A stretch of 64,000 nt of DNA, taken from NCBI GenBank assembly GCA_045655865.1, contig JAZOQB010000047.1, positions 1,261-65,260 of the forward strand, given 5' to 3'. Positions 19,245-30,325 of this stretch are shown here, one piece after another (within the stretch, counting starts at the first letter, position 1; the number at the start of each line of letters is the position of its first letter). Under the pieces are notes generated by a model that had not been told where the DNA came from, ran no database searches, and saw only the letters and a list, made by a program, of their open reading frames with translations. Source of the stretch: Eubacteriales bacterium (GTDB taxonomy: Bacteria; Bacillota; Clostridia; Oscillospirales; SIG627). Position numbers and translations under genes: made by a program.

Positions 19245-20390
19245 TTATTTTTTGTTCGTTTCTCTTTCCGGTGGCTTGTAGAACTGATAATAAAAGCATT
19301 TGATCATTCCGTTGTAGAGCTTACGAATATTATCCGCCCGGCGGCCGTAATGCCGCTGAAAATCCTCATCGCTGGTAATTACATAAATCTGCCAACGATC
19401 CAGATTCTTCCAATGTGCACCCATCGCGGAATAGAGCCGCCAAGCCTCTTCTTGTGTTTCCAGCCGCTCTCCGTAAGGGGGATTGCACACCACCGTGCCC
19501 TTTCGCCCCATCGTTTCAATTCCCAAGGCATTTTTTGGGAAAAAGCGAATGTGATCCGCCACACCTGCGATCTGGGCATTGCTTTTTGCCAGGCTTATCA
19601 TTGCCGGGTCGATATCACTGGCAAAAGCTTCAAATTTGCTTTCTTTTTTTAAATCTTTTGCTTCTTCTCTGGCCTGTGTCCAAATAGAAGCAGGAAGATC
19701 CAAAAAATCTTCTCCGGCAAAAGAACGAAGGGATCCGGGGGCAACGTTCTGCATTTGCATGGCCGCTTCAATGGGAATGGTGCCGCTTCCGCAAAAAGGA
19801 TCCCAAAACAATACGTCCTCCCGGGGGCGGGCGATCCGGCAAAGAGCGGCGGCCAGCGTCTCCCGGATGGGAGCGGGTCCGGCTTGTTTTCGGTAGCCCC
19901 TTTGATACAGCGGCGCACCGGAGGTATCGATCAAAAGCGAAGCGGTATCGTTGAGGATGAAAAACTGGATCTGCATCCGGGTTCCCTCCTCGGAAAGCCA
20001 GGTCGTTCCGTACTCCAAGCCCAGACGCTCCGCTACTGCTTTTTTCACGATGCTCTGACAATCGGGAATGCTTTTCAGTACGGATCGGACAGTATGCCCC
20101 TTGACGGGAAAAGCATCGTCCGGACCGATCCAACGCTCCCAAGCAAGAGACTTGACCCCCTGAAACAGTTCTTCAAAACTTCGCGCGGGAAAAGATCCCA
20201 TCTTAATGAGAACCCGCTCCGCACACCGTAGCCAAAGGTTTGATCTGGCAATGGCGGAAAGGGGTCCGCGGAAGGTAACTCTGCCATCCTGGGTCTCCAC
20301 ACGCTCATAGCCCAAAGCGTCGATTTCCTGGCCCACATATTTTTCCAGACCGAACAGACAAGTGGCTACCAGTTCAATTGTTTCTTCCAT
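19245..20390 (-). CDS. THUMP-domain class I SAM-dependent RNA methyltransferase (COG0116 / RlmL-YpsC type)
   Basis: 381-aa ORF. N-terminal THUMP-like region, then a UPF0020 methylase core with NPPYGERL. Confidence 0.85.
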   Translation of the reverse strand: MEETIELVATCLFGLEKYVGQEIDALGYERVETQDGRVTFRGPLSAIARSNLWLRCAERVLIKMGSFPARSFEELFQGVKSLAWERWIGPDDAFPVKGHTVRSVLKSIPDCQSIVKKAVAERLGLEYGTTWLSEEGTRMQIQFFILNDTASLLIDTSGAPLYQRGYRKQAGPAPIRETLAAALCRIARPREDVLFWDPFCGSGTIPIEAAMQMQNVAPGSLRSFAGEDFLDLPASIWTQAREEAKDLKKESKFEAFASDIDPAMISLAKSNAQIAGVADHIRFFPKNALGIETMGRKGTVVCNPPYGERLETQEEAWRLYSAMGAHWKNLDRWQIYVITSDEDFQRHYGRRADNIRKLYNGMIKCFYYQFYKPPERETNKK

Positions 20391-20400
20391 GTTCGCTCCT

Positions 20401-22259
<1,859 letters not shown>

Positions 22260-22278
22260 ATTCTTCCCTCAGAAAAGG

Positions 22279-22307
22279 TTGTAATTTTTCTTCTTCTGTG
22301 ATAAAAT
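22279..22307 (+). promoter_or_regulatory. Predicted sigma-A promoter of dnaE
   Basis: -35 TTGTAA (22279-22284), 17-nt spacer, TGa-extended -10 TAAAAT (22302-22307). Confidence 0.5.
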
Positions 22308-22385
22308 ATTTCAAAATGAGATAATAAATAGAAGCAACTTTGGCCTATTATAGTATGAAATCCGCATTTTGTCAAAGGGGATCCT

Positions 22386-25300
22386 ATGGAAAGAAGCAAT
22401 TTTGTCCACCTTCATCTACATACTGAATATTCCCTTTTAGACGGTGCCTGTCGCATTGACCGGCTCTTTCAGCGCGCCGCAGAATTGGGGCAAAAAAGTG
22501 TTGCCATCACCGATCACGGCGTCATGTATGGCGCCATTGCATTTTACAAAGCGGCAAAGGCCAACGGGATCCATCCCATCATTGGGTGCGAGGTATACGT
22601 TGCTCCCAGGTCAATGAAAGATAAAGTTGCCGGCCTTGATCGGGAGTATTACCACCTGGTGCTTCTCTGTGAAAACATGACCGGATACCACAATCTGATG
22701 AAGCTTGTCACGCTTTCCTTCACCGAGGGATTTTATCAGAAGCCTCGGGTGGATATGGATGCTCTGCGTGAGCATCACGAAGGTCTGATCGCACTTTCCG
22801 CTTGCCTTGCGGGAAAAATTCCACAGCTCATTTTATCGGGAGATACCAAAGGCGCCGAAGCCCATGCAATAGAGATGGCCGAGATCTTTGGCAAAGACTC
22901 TTTCTTTCTGGAAATGCAGGACCATGGAATTACAGATCAGATGCGAGTCAATTCCGCCTTGATCGGTCTGTCCAAAAAACTGGGGATCGGACTGGTCGCC
23001 ACAAATGACGTCCACTACCTGAATCGGGAAGACGCCAAAAGCCAGGATGTTTTGCTTTGTATTCAGACCGGCAAAACGCTCCAGGATGAAGACCGGATGA
23101 AATTTGAAACGGACGAATTTTATTTGAAATCCACCGAAGAGATGGCCGCCCTTTTTCCAAAAACTCCGGAAGCCATTACCAACACCGCCGTCATTGCCGC
23201 ACGGTGCCGGGTGGAATTTGACTTTTCCCAGGCTCATCTTCCCCGCTTTCAAAATTCTCTGGGCCTCTCCTCCTTCGAATATTTAAAAAAGCTCTCCTTT
23301 GAAGGTCTGGAAAAAAGGATCCGTGAAAACGGGATCTCAAACCGAAAAGAATATCAAGATCGGCTCACCTATGAACTTTCCGTCATTGAAGAGATGGGCT
23401 TTTGCGACTACTTTCTTATTGTGGCGGATTTTGTTTCCTTCGCAAAACAAAACAACATTTACGTGGGACCGGGAAGAGGCAGCGGAGCAGGAAGCCTTGC
23501 TGCTTGGTGTCTGGACATCACAGAACTGGACCCGATTCGTTTTCAATTGATCTTTGAGCGTTTTCTCAATCCCCAGCGGGTCTCTATGCCTGATTTTGAT
23601 ATCGATTTCTGCATGAGCCGAAGAGGAGAAGTCATTCAATACGTGGCAGAAAAGTACGGTGAAGACCACATTGCGCAGATCGTTACCTTCAGCACCATGG
23701 CTGCCCGGGCCTCCGTGCGAGACGTGGGCCGGGTTTTGGGGATGTCCTACAACGAGGTAGATAAAATCGCCAAACGAATCCCTCATTTTCTGGATATGAC
23801 CTTGACAAAGGCCTTGGAAGACGACAAAGATCTTCGGGAAATGTGCCAGACGGGTGAAGCAAAAGAACTGATGCAGATCGCCCTTTCCCTGGAAGGGATG
23901 CCCCGGAACGCTTCCATTCACGCGGCGGGTGTGGTTTTGACGGATATGCCCGTCTCCCACTACGTTCCTTTGGCTGTAAATACCGGGACCAAAGTCACCC
24001 AGTACACCATGAATGAAATCGCAGATCTTGGGCTTTTGAAGATCGACTTTTTGGGTTTGCGATACTTGACCATCATTCGGGATGCGGTAGAACAAGTACA
24101 TCGAACCGATCCCGGTTTCGATATTCACACCATCCCCTTGGACCACAAAGAAACCTACGACATGATCTCCCGAGGGGAAACAGCGGGCATGTTCCAGATC
24201 GAATCCTCCGGCATGAAGGCTCTGATGCTGCAAATGAAGCCGCAAAATCTGGAGGATATTACTGCCGCCATTGCCTTGTATCGCCCGGGACCCAAGGATT
24301 CTATTCCCCGCTTTTTGGAAAATCGCAAGCGGGGCGTGGCAAGCCACGAGGTGCCGGCCTTAGATAAAATTTTGGGGACCACGCACGGCTGCATCGTCTA
24401 TCAGGAACAGGTTATGGAAATTTTCCGTCAGCTGGCCGGATATTCTCTGGGCAGAGCGGATATTGTGCGCCGGGCCATGTCCAAGAAAAAGCAAGACGTC
24501 ATGGAACGGGAGCGGGCGATCTTTCTTAACGGCTTGAAAAACGAAGACGGAACCGTAGAAGTGGAAGGCGCCGTACACAGAGGAATTCCGGAAAAGCTGG
24601 CAGAAAAGGTTTTCAATGACATGGCTGATTTTGCCAAATACGCCTTTAACAAATCCCATGCCGCCGCCTATGCTCTTCTCAGCTACCGGACCGCGTATCT
24701 AAAATGCAACTATCCGAAAGAATACATGGCCGCCATCCTTACCAGCCAACTGGATGGAGACAAATACGCTATGTATTGCAACGAGGTCGAGCGGATGGGA
24801 ATTCAGATCTTGCCGCCGGATATCAACGAAAGCCAACTCTCTTTCTCCGTGAGCGGAAACGCCTTGCGTTTCGGTTTTGTAGGCATTAAAAACGTAGGAG
24901 AATCCTTGATCCAGCAGATTTTCCTTCAACGAGAACAAACGCCCTTTTCCTCTTTCCGGGATTTTGTAGAGCGCTTGCGTCCACACGGGCTGAACCGAAA
25001 AGCATTGGAGAGCCTTGTCCTTTCCGGGGCCATGGATTCCTTCGGCATTTTCCGTTCCCGGATGTTCTCTGCCATTGAATCTCTCCTATCCTCTGCAAGT
25101 CTTGCCATGCGGGACGTTTTACCGGGGCAGATGAGTCTTTTTGACGCCATTCCCGAAGACACAAAACAAGACGACGATTCCATTTTCCCGGACATTCCGG
25201 AATTTACGGAAAGAGAACGCTTGCGCGAAGAAAAAAACGTGTGTGGCGTTTACTTCTCCGGACACCCTCTCCAAAGCTACCGAGCCCTTGCGGAAAAGCT

Positions 25301-25907
25301 GGGCGCTCAGGACATCGCCGCCTTCCGCACGGAGCCGGAAAACTTTTCGGACGGTGACTCGGTTTGCCTTCTGTGCCAAGTGGGTAGCGTAACTTTAAAA
25401 CAAGTTCGAAACGGAAACAGAATGGCTTTCGTTCAGGGAGAGGATCAGGCAGGGCGATGCGAGATCATCGTGTTTCCCAAGATCCTGGCACAAGTCTCTT
25501 CTCTCTTGGAAGAAGACCGAATTCTGGCTATCTACGGAAAGATCAATACCAAAGATGAAGAGATCAAAATTTTAGCGGACCGGATCCTGACTCCCGAAGA
25601 GGCCGAGCGCGAAAAAGACTTAGAAGAAAAAAAGGAGCGATCCTCCCAGCCCGATTCCCATTCCGAAAAAAGCATTAATTTTAACAGCTGTTCGAAATTA
25701 TTCTTGCGTTTTCCGGAAAAAGGGAGTAAAATGGAAAAGAGAGCCATGGCGATTTTACGAATCTTTTCCGGAAACACCCCTTGCTATTTTTACTATCAGG
25801 ACACAAAAAAGCTATTTTATGTCGACGGGCTCTCGGTTCGTCTTACTCCGCTGGTGTACCGGGAGTTATGTGAGATCTTGGGGAAAGAAAACGTAGGCCT
25901 AAAATAA
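22386..25907 (+). CDS. dnaE: DNA polymerase III alpha subunit DnaE
   Basis: 1173 aa. PHP domain HLHLHTEYSLLDG, polymerase core (PDFDIDF), HhH and OB-fold C-terminus. Confidence 0.97.
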   Translation: MERSNFVHLHLHTEYSLLDGACRIDRLFQRAAELGQKSVAITDHGVMYGAIAFYKAAKANGIHPIIGCEVYVAPRSMKDKVAGLDREYYHLVLLCENMTGYHNLMKLVTLSFTEGFYQKPRVDMDALREHHEGLIALSACLAGKIPQLILSGDTKGAEAHAIEMAEIFGKDSFFLEMQDHGITDQMRVNSALIGLSKKLGIGLVATNDVHYLNREDAKSQDVLLCIQTGKTLQDEDRMKFETDEFYLKSTEEMAALFPKTPEAITNTAVIAARCRVEFDFSQAHLPRFQNSLGLSSFEYLKKLSFEGLEKRIRENGISNRKEYQDRLTYELSVIEEMGFCDYFLIVADFVSFAKQNNIYVGPGRGSGAGSLAAWCLDITELDPIRFQLIFERFLNPQRVSMPDFDIDFCMSRRGEVIQYVAEKYGEDHIAQIVTFSTMAARASVRDVGRVLGMSYNEVDKIAKRIPHFLDMTLTKALEDDKDLREMCQTGEAKELMQIALSLEGMPRNASIHAAGVVLTDMPVSHYVPLAVNTGTKVTQYTMNEIADLGLLKIDFLGLRYLTIIRDAVEQVHRTDPGFDIHTIPLDHKETYDMISRGETAGMFQIESSGMKALMLQMKPQNLEDITAAIALYRPGPKDSIPRFLENRKRGVASHEVPALDKILGTTHGCIVYQEQVMEIFRQLAGYSLGRADIVRRAMSKKKQDVMERERAIFLNGLKNEDGTVEVEGAVHRGIPEKLAEKVFNDMADFAKYAFNKSHAAAYALLSYRTAYLKCNYPKEYMAAILTSQLDGDKYAMYCNEVERMGIQILPPDINESQLSFSVSGNALRFGFVGIKNVGESLIQQIFLQREQTPFSSFRDFVERLRPHGLNRKALESLVLSGAMDSFGIFRSRMFSAIESLLSSASLAMRDVLPGQMSLFDAIPEDTKQDDDSIFPDIPEFTERERLREEKNVCGVYFSGHPLQSYRALAEKLGAQDIAAFRTEPENFSDGDSVCLLCQVGSVTLKQVRNGNRMAFVQGEDQAGRCEIIVFPKILAQVSSLLEEDRILAIYGKINTKDEEIKILADRILTPEEAEREKDLEEKKERSSQPDSHSEKSINFNSCSKLFLRFPEKGSKMEKRAMAILRIFSGNTPCYFYYQDTKKLFYVDGLSVRLTPLVYRELCEILGKENVGLK

Positions 25908-25955
25908 TGCCGCCGGGGATTGATTCCCGAATCCTACTTTCCAATAGGAGAAAAA

Positions 25956-28505
25956 ATGGAAAACAACGATCAGAAAAAACCAAAAGAAGCAAAAGCGCCA
26001 CAAGGGATTCATCCATCCCATTCCAATGCCAACAAAAGTGAGAATGGCATTGCTTTAGCAAAAAAAGTCGGAGTGCGCGTGTCAAGTACCCTGGGAAAAT
26101 ATGCAGGAAAAGTTGTCACATACGCTCTGAATATCATTTTGACCCTGGTTCTCATTGGGATCATCACAGGGTCTGCCATTGCCTGCGCCTTGGTCGTTTA
26201 CATTAAAAACTACGTAGATCCGGTGTATGATATTGATAATCTCAAATATGACTCTGATCTTACCACATTCCTCTATTATGAGCAGAAAAATCCCGACGGG
26301 ACTTCTCAGTGGGTCGAATGGGAGGACGAGCGGATCCACGGGCAGGAAAACCGCATGTGGGTCTCCTATGAGGAAATGCCGGAAGATCTGATCAACGCCT
26401 TTGTTTCCATTGAAGACAAACGCTTCTTTACCCACAAAGGAATCGACGTGCGCCGTACCGTGGGCGCGATCCTTGGCTTTATGACCGGAAACGATTCCTA
26501 CGGTGGATCCACCATTACCCAACAGCTGATCAAAAACGTTACCGGTGAGGATGACGTAACCATTCAACGAAAAATCCAGGAGATTCTGCGGGCGCTGAAT
26601 TTGGAAAGCAAGCGAAGCAAAGAAGAAATCCTGGAAATGTACTTAAATACCATCTACCTTCACAAGGGTTGCTACGGCGTTTCCGCCGCAGCCTACGAAT
26701 ACTTTGGAAAAGAAGTTTCGGAATTGACCTTGGTGGAGTGCGCCGCTCTGGCCTCCATTCCCCAGAACCCGTCAAAATGGAATCCCATATCCCATCCGGA
26801 TCTCAACGAGGAACGACGCTGGACCGTTTTGGAGGAGATGTACAAAAACACCGATATAGAAAAGACCTATACTCTGGAGGAGATCCGCGCTGCGCAAGAT
26901 GCCCAGCTGGTTTTAAGACAGGAATCAGGACAGCAAACGGTCTCCAAGATCCACTCCTGGTTTGTGGATACGGTGATGGATGACGTCATTGCCGACTTGA
27001 TGAGTACCTATCACTATGACGAGCAAACTGCCGCCAATCTTCTTTACAGTGGCGGTCTTAAGATCTATACCACCATTGACCGGAACATTCAGGACAAGCT
27101 GGACGCCATCTATAACAACAACGATCTCTTCCCCTCCAAAGGAACCGGAGTTCAGGTGGAATCTGCCATGACCATCATCGATCAGCGCACCGGAAACATT
27201 GTGGCTATCATCGGCGGTCGCGGCGCAAAAGATACCGCCAGAGGTTTCAACCGTGCCACCATGGCAAAACGTCAGCCCGGTTCTTCCATCAAGCCTCTGA
27301 GTGCTTATTCCATCGCCATTGAGCGCGGTCTGATCAATTATTCCTCCGTTTTGGATGACACGCCCTTCCGAGCCGAGGAAGACGGAACCCTTTGGCCCAA
27401 CAACTGGAACAACAAGTTTGACGGTCTTGTCACCGTCTCCCAAGCGGTACGTGACTCCAAGAACACCATTGCAGTAAAAGTGGTGGACCAGGTGGGAACA
27501 CGAAACGTCTATGACTTTTTGACCCAAAAATATCGTCTCTCAACCTTATTGGAATCCGATATTGACTACGCGCCTCTGGCTCTGGGCGGCTTTACCGAAG
27601 GCGTTACCACTCGAGATATGTGCGGCGCCTACGCCGCCATTGCCAACAACGGAATTTACAATGAACCCAGAACCTATACCAAGGTCACGGATTCTACCGG
27701 AAACATTTTATTAGACTCCTCCTCTGCGATCACCGAGGTCATCCTCAGCTCGGATACCTGTGCGGTAACCACGAGACTGATGCAAGAAGTAGTCACCGCC
27801 GGTACCGGTACTGCCGTATCCCTTCGCAGGCAAGTGGACGTAGCCGGAAAAACCGGTACGACGCAAAATGACAGAGACCTGTATTTCTGCGGTTTTACGC
27901 CTTATTACACCGCCGCTTGCTGGGTTGGCTATGACAATCCTCAATCCCTCACCGGATTCACCTCCGGACAGCGTAGCGTTGCCGCCGCAACCTATATTTG
28001 GGATCAAGTCATGACCTCGATTCACAGCGAGATCATCGCCGCCGGAAACGTAAAGACATTCTCTCAGGATCTGACAAAAAATCTGATCACCCGGACCTAC
28101 TGCAAAGATTCCGGTCTTTTGGCCGGTCCCAATTGCAGTGCTGACCTGAGAGGAAATCGCACTGCCACAGGCTTTTACACTTATTCCAACGTCCCCACAG
28201 CTACCTGCGACTGTCACGTTATGGTTTCTTACTGCAACGATACGGGTCTGGTAGCAGGGCCGGAATGCACCAACGTCAGAGAGGTGGCTCTTTTGGATGT
28301 ACAGCGTTCCTTCCCCATCGAAGTCACCATTGCGGACGCTCAGTACACCTATCGCAAAATGACCGGGGACATTCCCTATGCTAAAAATAATTTCCAGCCC
28401 TATTACTGGCATACGTTAGAGAAAGGAACCTATCCCGGCACCTCCAGCGTTCCCAAAGCGGCCAACGGTTTCTGTGCCAATCACAACCCAACGCTATGTC
28501 AATGA
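25956..28505 (+). CDS. Bifunctional class A penicillin-binding protein (PBP1A type)
   Basis: N-terminal TM. GT51 motifs EDKRFFTHKGID, GGSTITQQL and RKIQE. Transpeptidase SSIK, SKN and KTGTT. ATG 25956 follows GGAG. The Cys-rich C-terminal tail is described in the findings. Confidence 0.93.
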   Translation: MENNDQKKPKEAKAPQGIHPSHSNANKSENGIALAKKVGVRVSSTLGKYAGKVVTYALNIILTLVLIGIITGSAIACALVVYIKNYVDPVYDIDNLKYDSDLTTFLYYEQKNPDGTSQWVEWEDERIHGQENRMWVSYEEMPEDLINAFVSIEDKRFFTHKGIDVRRTVGAILGFMTGNDSYGGSTITQQLIKNVTGEDDVTIQRKIQEILRALNLESKRSKEEILEMYLNTIYLHKGCYGVSAAAYEYFGKEVSELTLVECAALASIPQNPSKWNPISHPDLNEERRWTVLEEMYKNTDIEKTYTLEEIRAAQDAQLVLRQESGQQTVSKIHSWFVDTVMDDVIADLMSTYHYDEQTAANLLYSGGLKIYTTIDRNIQDKLDAIYNNNDLFPSKGTGVQVESAMTIIDQRTGNIVAIIGGRGAKDTARGFNRATMAKRQPGSSIKPLSAYSIAIERGLINYSSVLDDTPFRAEEDGTLWPNNWNNKFDGLVTVSQAVRDSKNTIAVKVVDQVGTRNVYDFLTQKYRLSTLLESDIDYAPLALGGFTEGVTTRDMCGAYAAIANNGIYNEPRTYTKVTDSTGNILLDSSSAITEVILSSDTCAVTTRLMQEVVTAGTGTAVSLRRQVDVAGKTGTTQNDRDLYFCGFTPYYTAACWVGYDNPQSLTGFTSGQRSVAAATYIWDQVMTSIHSEIIAAGNVKTFSQDLTKNLITRTYCKDSGLLAGPNCSADLRGNRTATGFYTYSNVPTATCDCHVMVSYCNDTGLVAGPECTNVREVALLDVQRSFPIEVTIADAQYTYRKMTGDIPYAKNNFQPYYWHTLEKGTYPGTSSVPKAANGFCANHNPTLCQ

Positions 28506-28954
28506 CACAAGAAGAAAAATTCATGCGCGCCGCTCTTCGGGAAGCTCAAAAAGCGGCGGAAGAGGGCGAGGTGCCCATTGGCTGTGTCATTGTTAAAGAC
28601 GGCAAGATCATCGCTCGGGGGCGAAACGCCCGGGAAAAGAAGAAAAACGCTTTGCTCCATGCGGAAATCTGCGCCATTGATCGAGCTTGCAAGCGGCTTT
28701 CCGGCTGGAGACTCTGGCAATGCGAAATGTACGTGACTCTGGAACCCTGTCCAATGTGCGGCGGCGCCATCATCAATTCCAGACTAAAAAGTGTCTACAT
28801 TGGGGCCAAAGACCCCAAAGCCGGAGCAATGGGAAGTGTGCTGAATCTTTTGGATCACCCCTTCAACCACAAGCCCGAAATTCATTATGGTCTTCTTGAA
28901 GAAGAGTCAAAACGCCTTTTGAAGGACTTTTTCACTCGACTTCGTGAAAGATAA
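28496..28954 (+). CDS. tadA: tRNA adenosine(34) deaminase TadA
   Basis: CDA zinc motifs HAEICAI and PCPMCGGA. 152 aa. Overlaps the PBP stop by 10 nt. Confidence 0.95.
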   Translation: MSMTQEEKFMRAALREAQKAAEEGEVPIGCVIVKDGKIIARGRNAREKKKNALLHAEICAIDRACKRLSGWRLWQCEMYVTLEPCPMCGGAIINSRLKSVYIGAKDPKAGAMGSVLNLLDHPFNHKPEIHYGLLEEESKRLLKDFFTRLRER

Positions 28955-28960
28955 ATTAAA

Positions 28961-29058
28961 ACAGAGTAGGATCTCAAGCGTGAAGTGCCTCTAAAACGGG
29001 GAGTTGTTTAGAGGACGAAAAGGCGAAGCCTTGCGGTTTGGGGTCCGCATCCCGCTGC
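28961..29058 (+). promoter_or_regulatory. THF-I (folT motif) tetrahydrofolate riboswitch aptamer
   Basis: ACAGAGUAGGAUCUCAAGCGUGAAGUG-CCUCUAAA-ACGGGGAGUUG-UUUAGAGG-ACGAAAAGGCGAAGCCUUGCGGUUUGGGGUCCGCAUCCCGCUG. It is collinear with the remembered E. siraeum THF aptamer (..AGAGUAG..GCGUUAAGUG..hairpin with GGGA loop..ACGAAG..GCGG..GCAUCCGCU..). The L3 GGGGA is complementary to AUCCC. It lies directly upstream of a folate ECF S-component gene. Confidence 0.9.
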
Positions 29059-29074
29059 CGAAGAAGGAAAAAGG

Positions 29075-29121
29075 CCTCCTTTTCCGGTATTCCCTTCTGG
29101 GAAAATCAGCGGAAAAGGAGG
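29075..29121 (+). promoter_or_regulatory. Riboswitch expression platform: anti-SD / SD helix
   Basis: CCTCCTTTTCCG (29075-29086) is the perfect reverse complement of CGGAAAAGGAGG (29110-29121), which contains the folT Shine-Dalgarno 8 nt before ATG 29129. The purine tract GGAAAAAGG (29066-29074) could compete for the anti-SD. Confidence 0.7.
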
Positions 29122-29128
29122 TATTTTT

Positions 29129-29872
29129 ATGCAAAACAAGCAAAGGCCCATGATCACTTTTTCCATTTTTTCCAAAGAGTATTGGAAAGAAGCCGCCAAA
29201 GAACTGACCAGAACCGACACGCTGATTTTCGCAGCATTAATGATCGCGCTAAGAGTTGTGGTAAAGTTGTTCCGTGTTCCGGTAATCAACGGTGTCACCT
29301 TTACTTTTGACGCCTACGTCAATTCCCTCGGATCGCTGGTTTACGGTCCTGTTGTGGGGCTTCTAGCCGGCGCTGTGAGCGATACCATAGGTTGTATCAT
29401 AGCCCCCAACGGCGTTTACTTCTTTCCTTTCATGTTCGTAGAAATGGCAAGCAGTTTCCTCTTTGGCCTTTTTTTCTGGCGTCGCAAACTCTCCGTTCCT
29501 AAAGCACTAGCTGCAAAATTTTCAGTCAATTTGATCTGTAATATTATCATGACCTCTGCCTTTATGAAGTGGGAATACTATCTTCTCGGAGATGCCAAGT
29601 TTTACACCTACAACCTTATCAACGCCACTCGTATCGTGAAAAATCTGGTGCTATTTCCGCTGGAAGCCACTCTGATCGTTTTAATCCTCACTGCCCTACT
29701 ACCTGCTCTGAAAGTTGCTCAGGTAGTCCCGAAAGATCAGGAAGCATTAAAATTAAGAAAAGCAGACATCATTTTGATTGCTCTCCTCTTACTGCTTTCC
29801 GTGGCGCTGATCCTTTTCTATATGTTCTTTTTAAAGGACTGGGTCTCCGCGCATAATATTAAGTTGCTGTAA
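29129..29872 (+). CDS. folT: Folate-family ECF transporter S component FolT
   Basis: 247-aa, 6-TM ECF S-component-like protein, preceded by a THF riboswitch. The ecfA1A2T energising module is at 12249-14807. Confidence 0.85.
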   Translation: MQNKQRPMITFSIFSKEYWKEAAKELTRTDTLIFAALMIALRVVVKLFRVPVINGVTFTFDAYVNSLGSLVYGPVVGLLAGAVSDTIGCIIAPNGVYFFPFMFVEMASSFLFGLFFWRRKLSVPKALAAKFSVNLICNIIMTSAFMKWEYYLLGDAKFYTYNLINATRIVKNLVLFPLEATLIVLILTALLPALKVAQVVPKDQEALKLRKADIILIALLLLLSVALILFYMFFLKDWVSAHNIKLL

Positions 29873-29875
29873 AAG

Positions 29876-29907
29876 AAAAACGCCTTCCTTGCAGGAAGGC
29901 GTTTTTT
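29876..29907. terminator. Bidirectional intrinsic terminator (folT / convergent zinc-ribbon gene)
   Basis: AAAAA-CGCCTTCC-TTGCA-GGAAGGCG-TTTTTT. An 8-bp GC-rich stem flanked by an A-run and a T-run. Confidence 0.9.
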
Positions 29908-29917
29908 ATCTATGTTG

Positions 29918-30325
29918 TTATCTCTTGAATTCTTTGACAAATTCCTTGCCGCATTTCCGGCAACGAATTCGAAACTTGCCTATCTTTCGAGGCATTCGAA
30001 GGGGAGCTGAGCAATGGGGACAGCGGAAAAAGCGAGTTGTCTTGCGGTTTCGAAACCGATTGACAGCATAGCGACACTGTGTACAAAAGCGGTACCAATC
30101 GTTTGCCTCTTTTCTTCGCTTGACGATATTTTTTGAGAACATTCGAAAGAAGATCGCAAAGCAAAGAAAAAGCTCCAAAAGATATAAGACCAGACTGTGA
30201 AACACCAGATTCAGCGCCGCCAGAACCAGCCAACATACGGTAAGAAATTGATTGAGAGAATCGGTGCCGTAGCGTCCGATCATAAAGCGAGAAAAGCCTT
30301 CTCGCATGCGAAAAAGAAATCTCAT
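29918..30325 (-). CDS. Small membrane protein with C-terminal zinc ribbon
   Basis: 135 aa from ATG 30325, which overlaps the peptidase stop as ATGA. Two hydrophobic helices, then CTQC...x18...CPHC...x16...CRKC. The ORF-track N-terminal extension (30544) lies inside the upstream gene. Confidence 0.8.
   Translation of the reverse strand: MRFLFRMREGFSRFMIGRYGTDSLNQFLTVCWLVLAALNLVFHSLVLYLLELFLCFAIFFRMFSKNIVKRRKEANDWYRFCTQCRYAVNRFRNRKTTRFFRCPHCSAPLRMPRKIGKFRIRCRKCGKEFVKEFKR

Noticed and set aside
29008-29310. ORFs of 96 aa (-) and 90 aa (+) across the tadA-folT gap
   Set aside because: They coincide with the THF riboswitch and the folT 5' end. They are explained by the RNA element.
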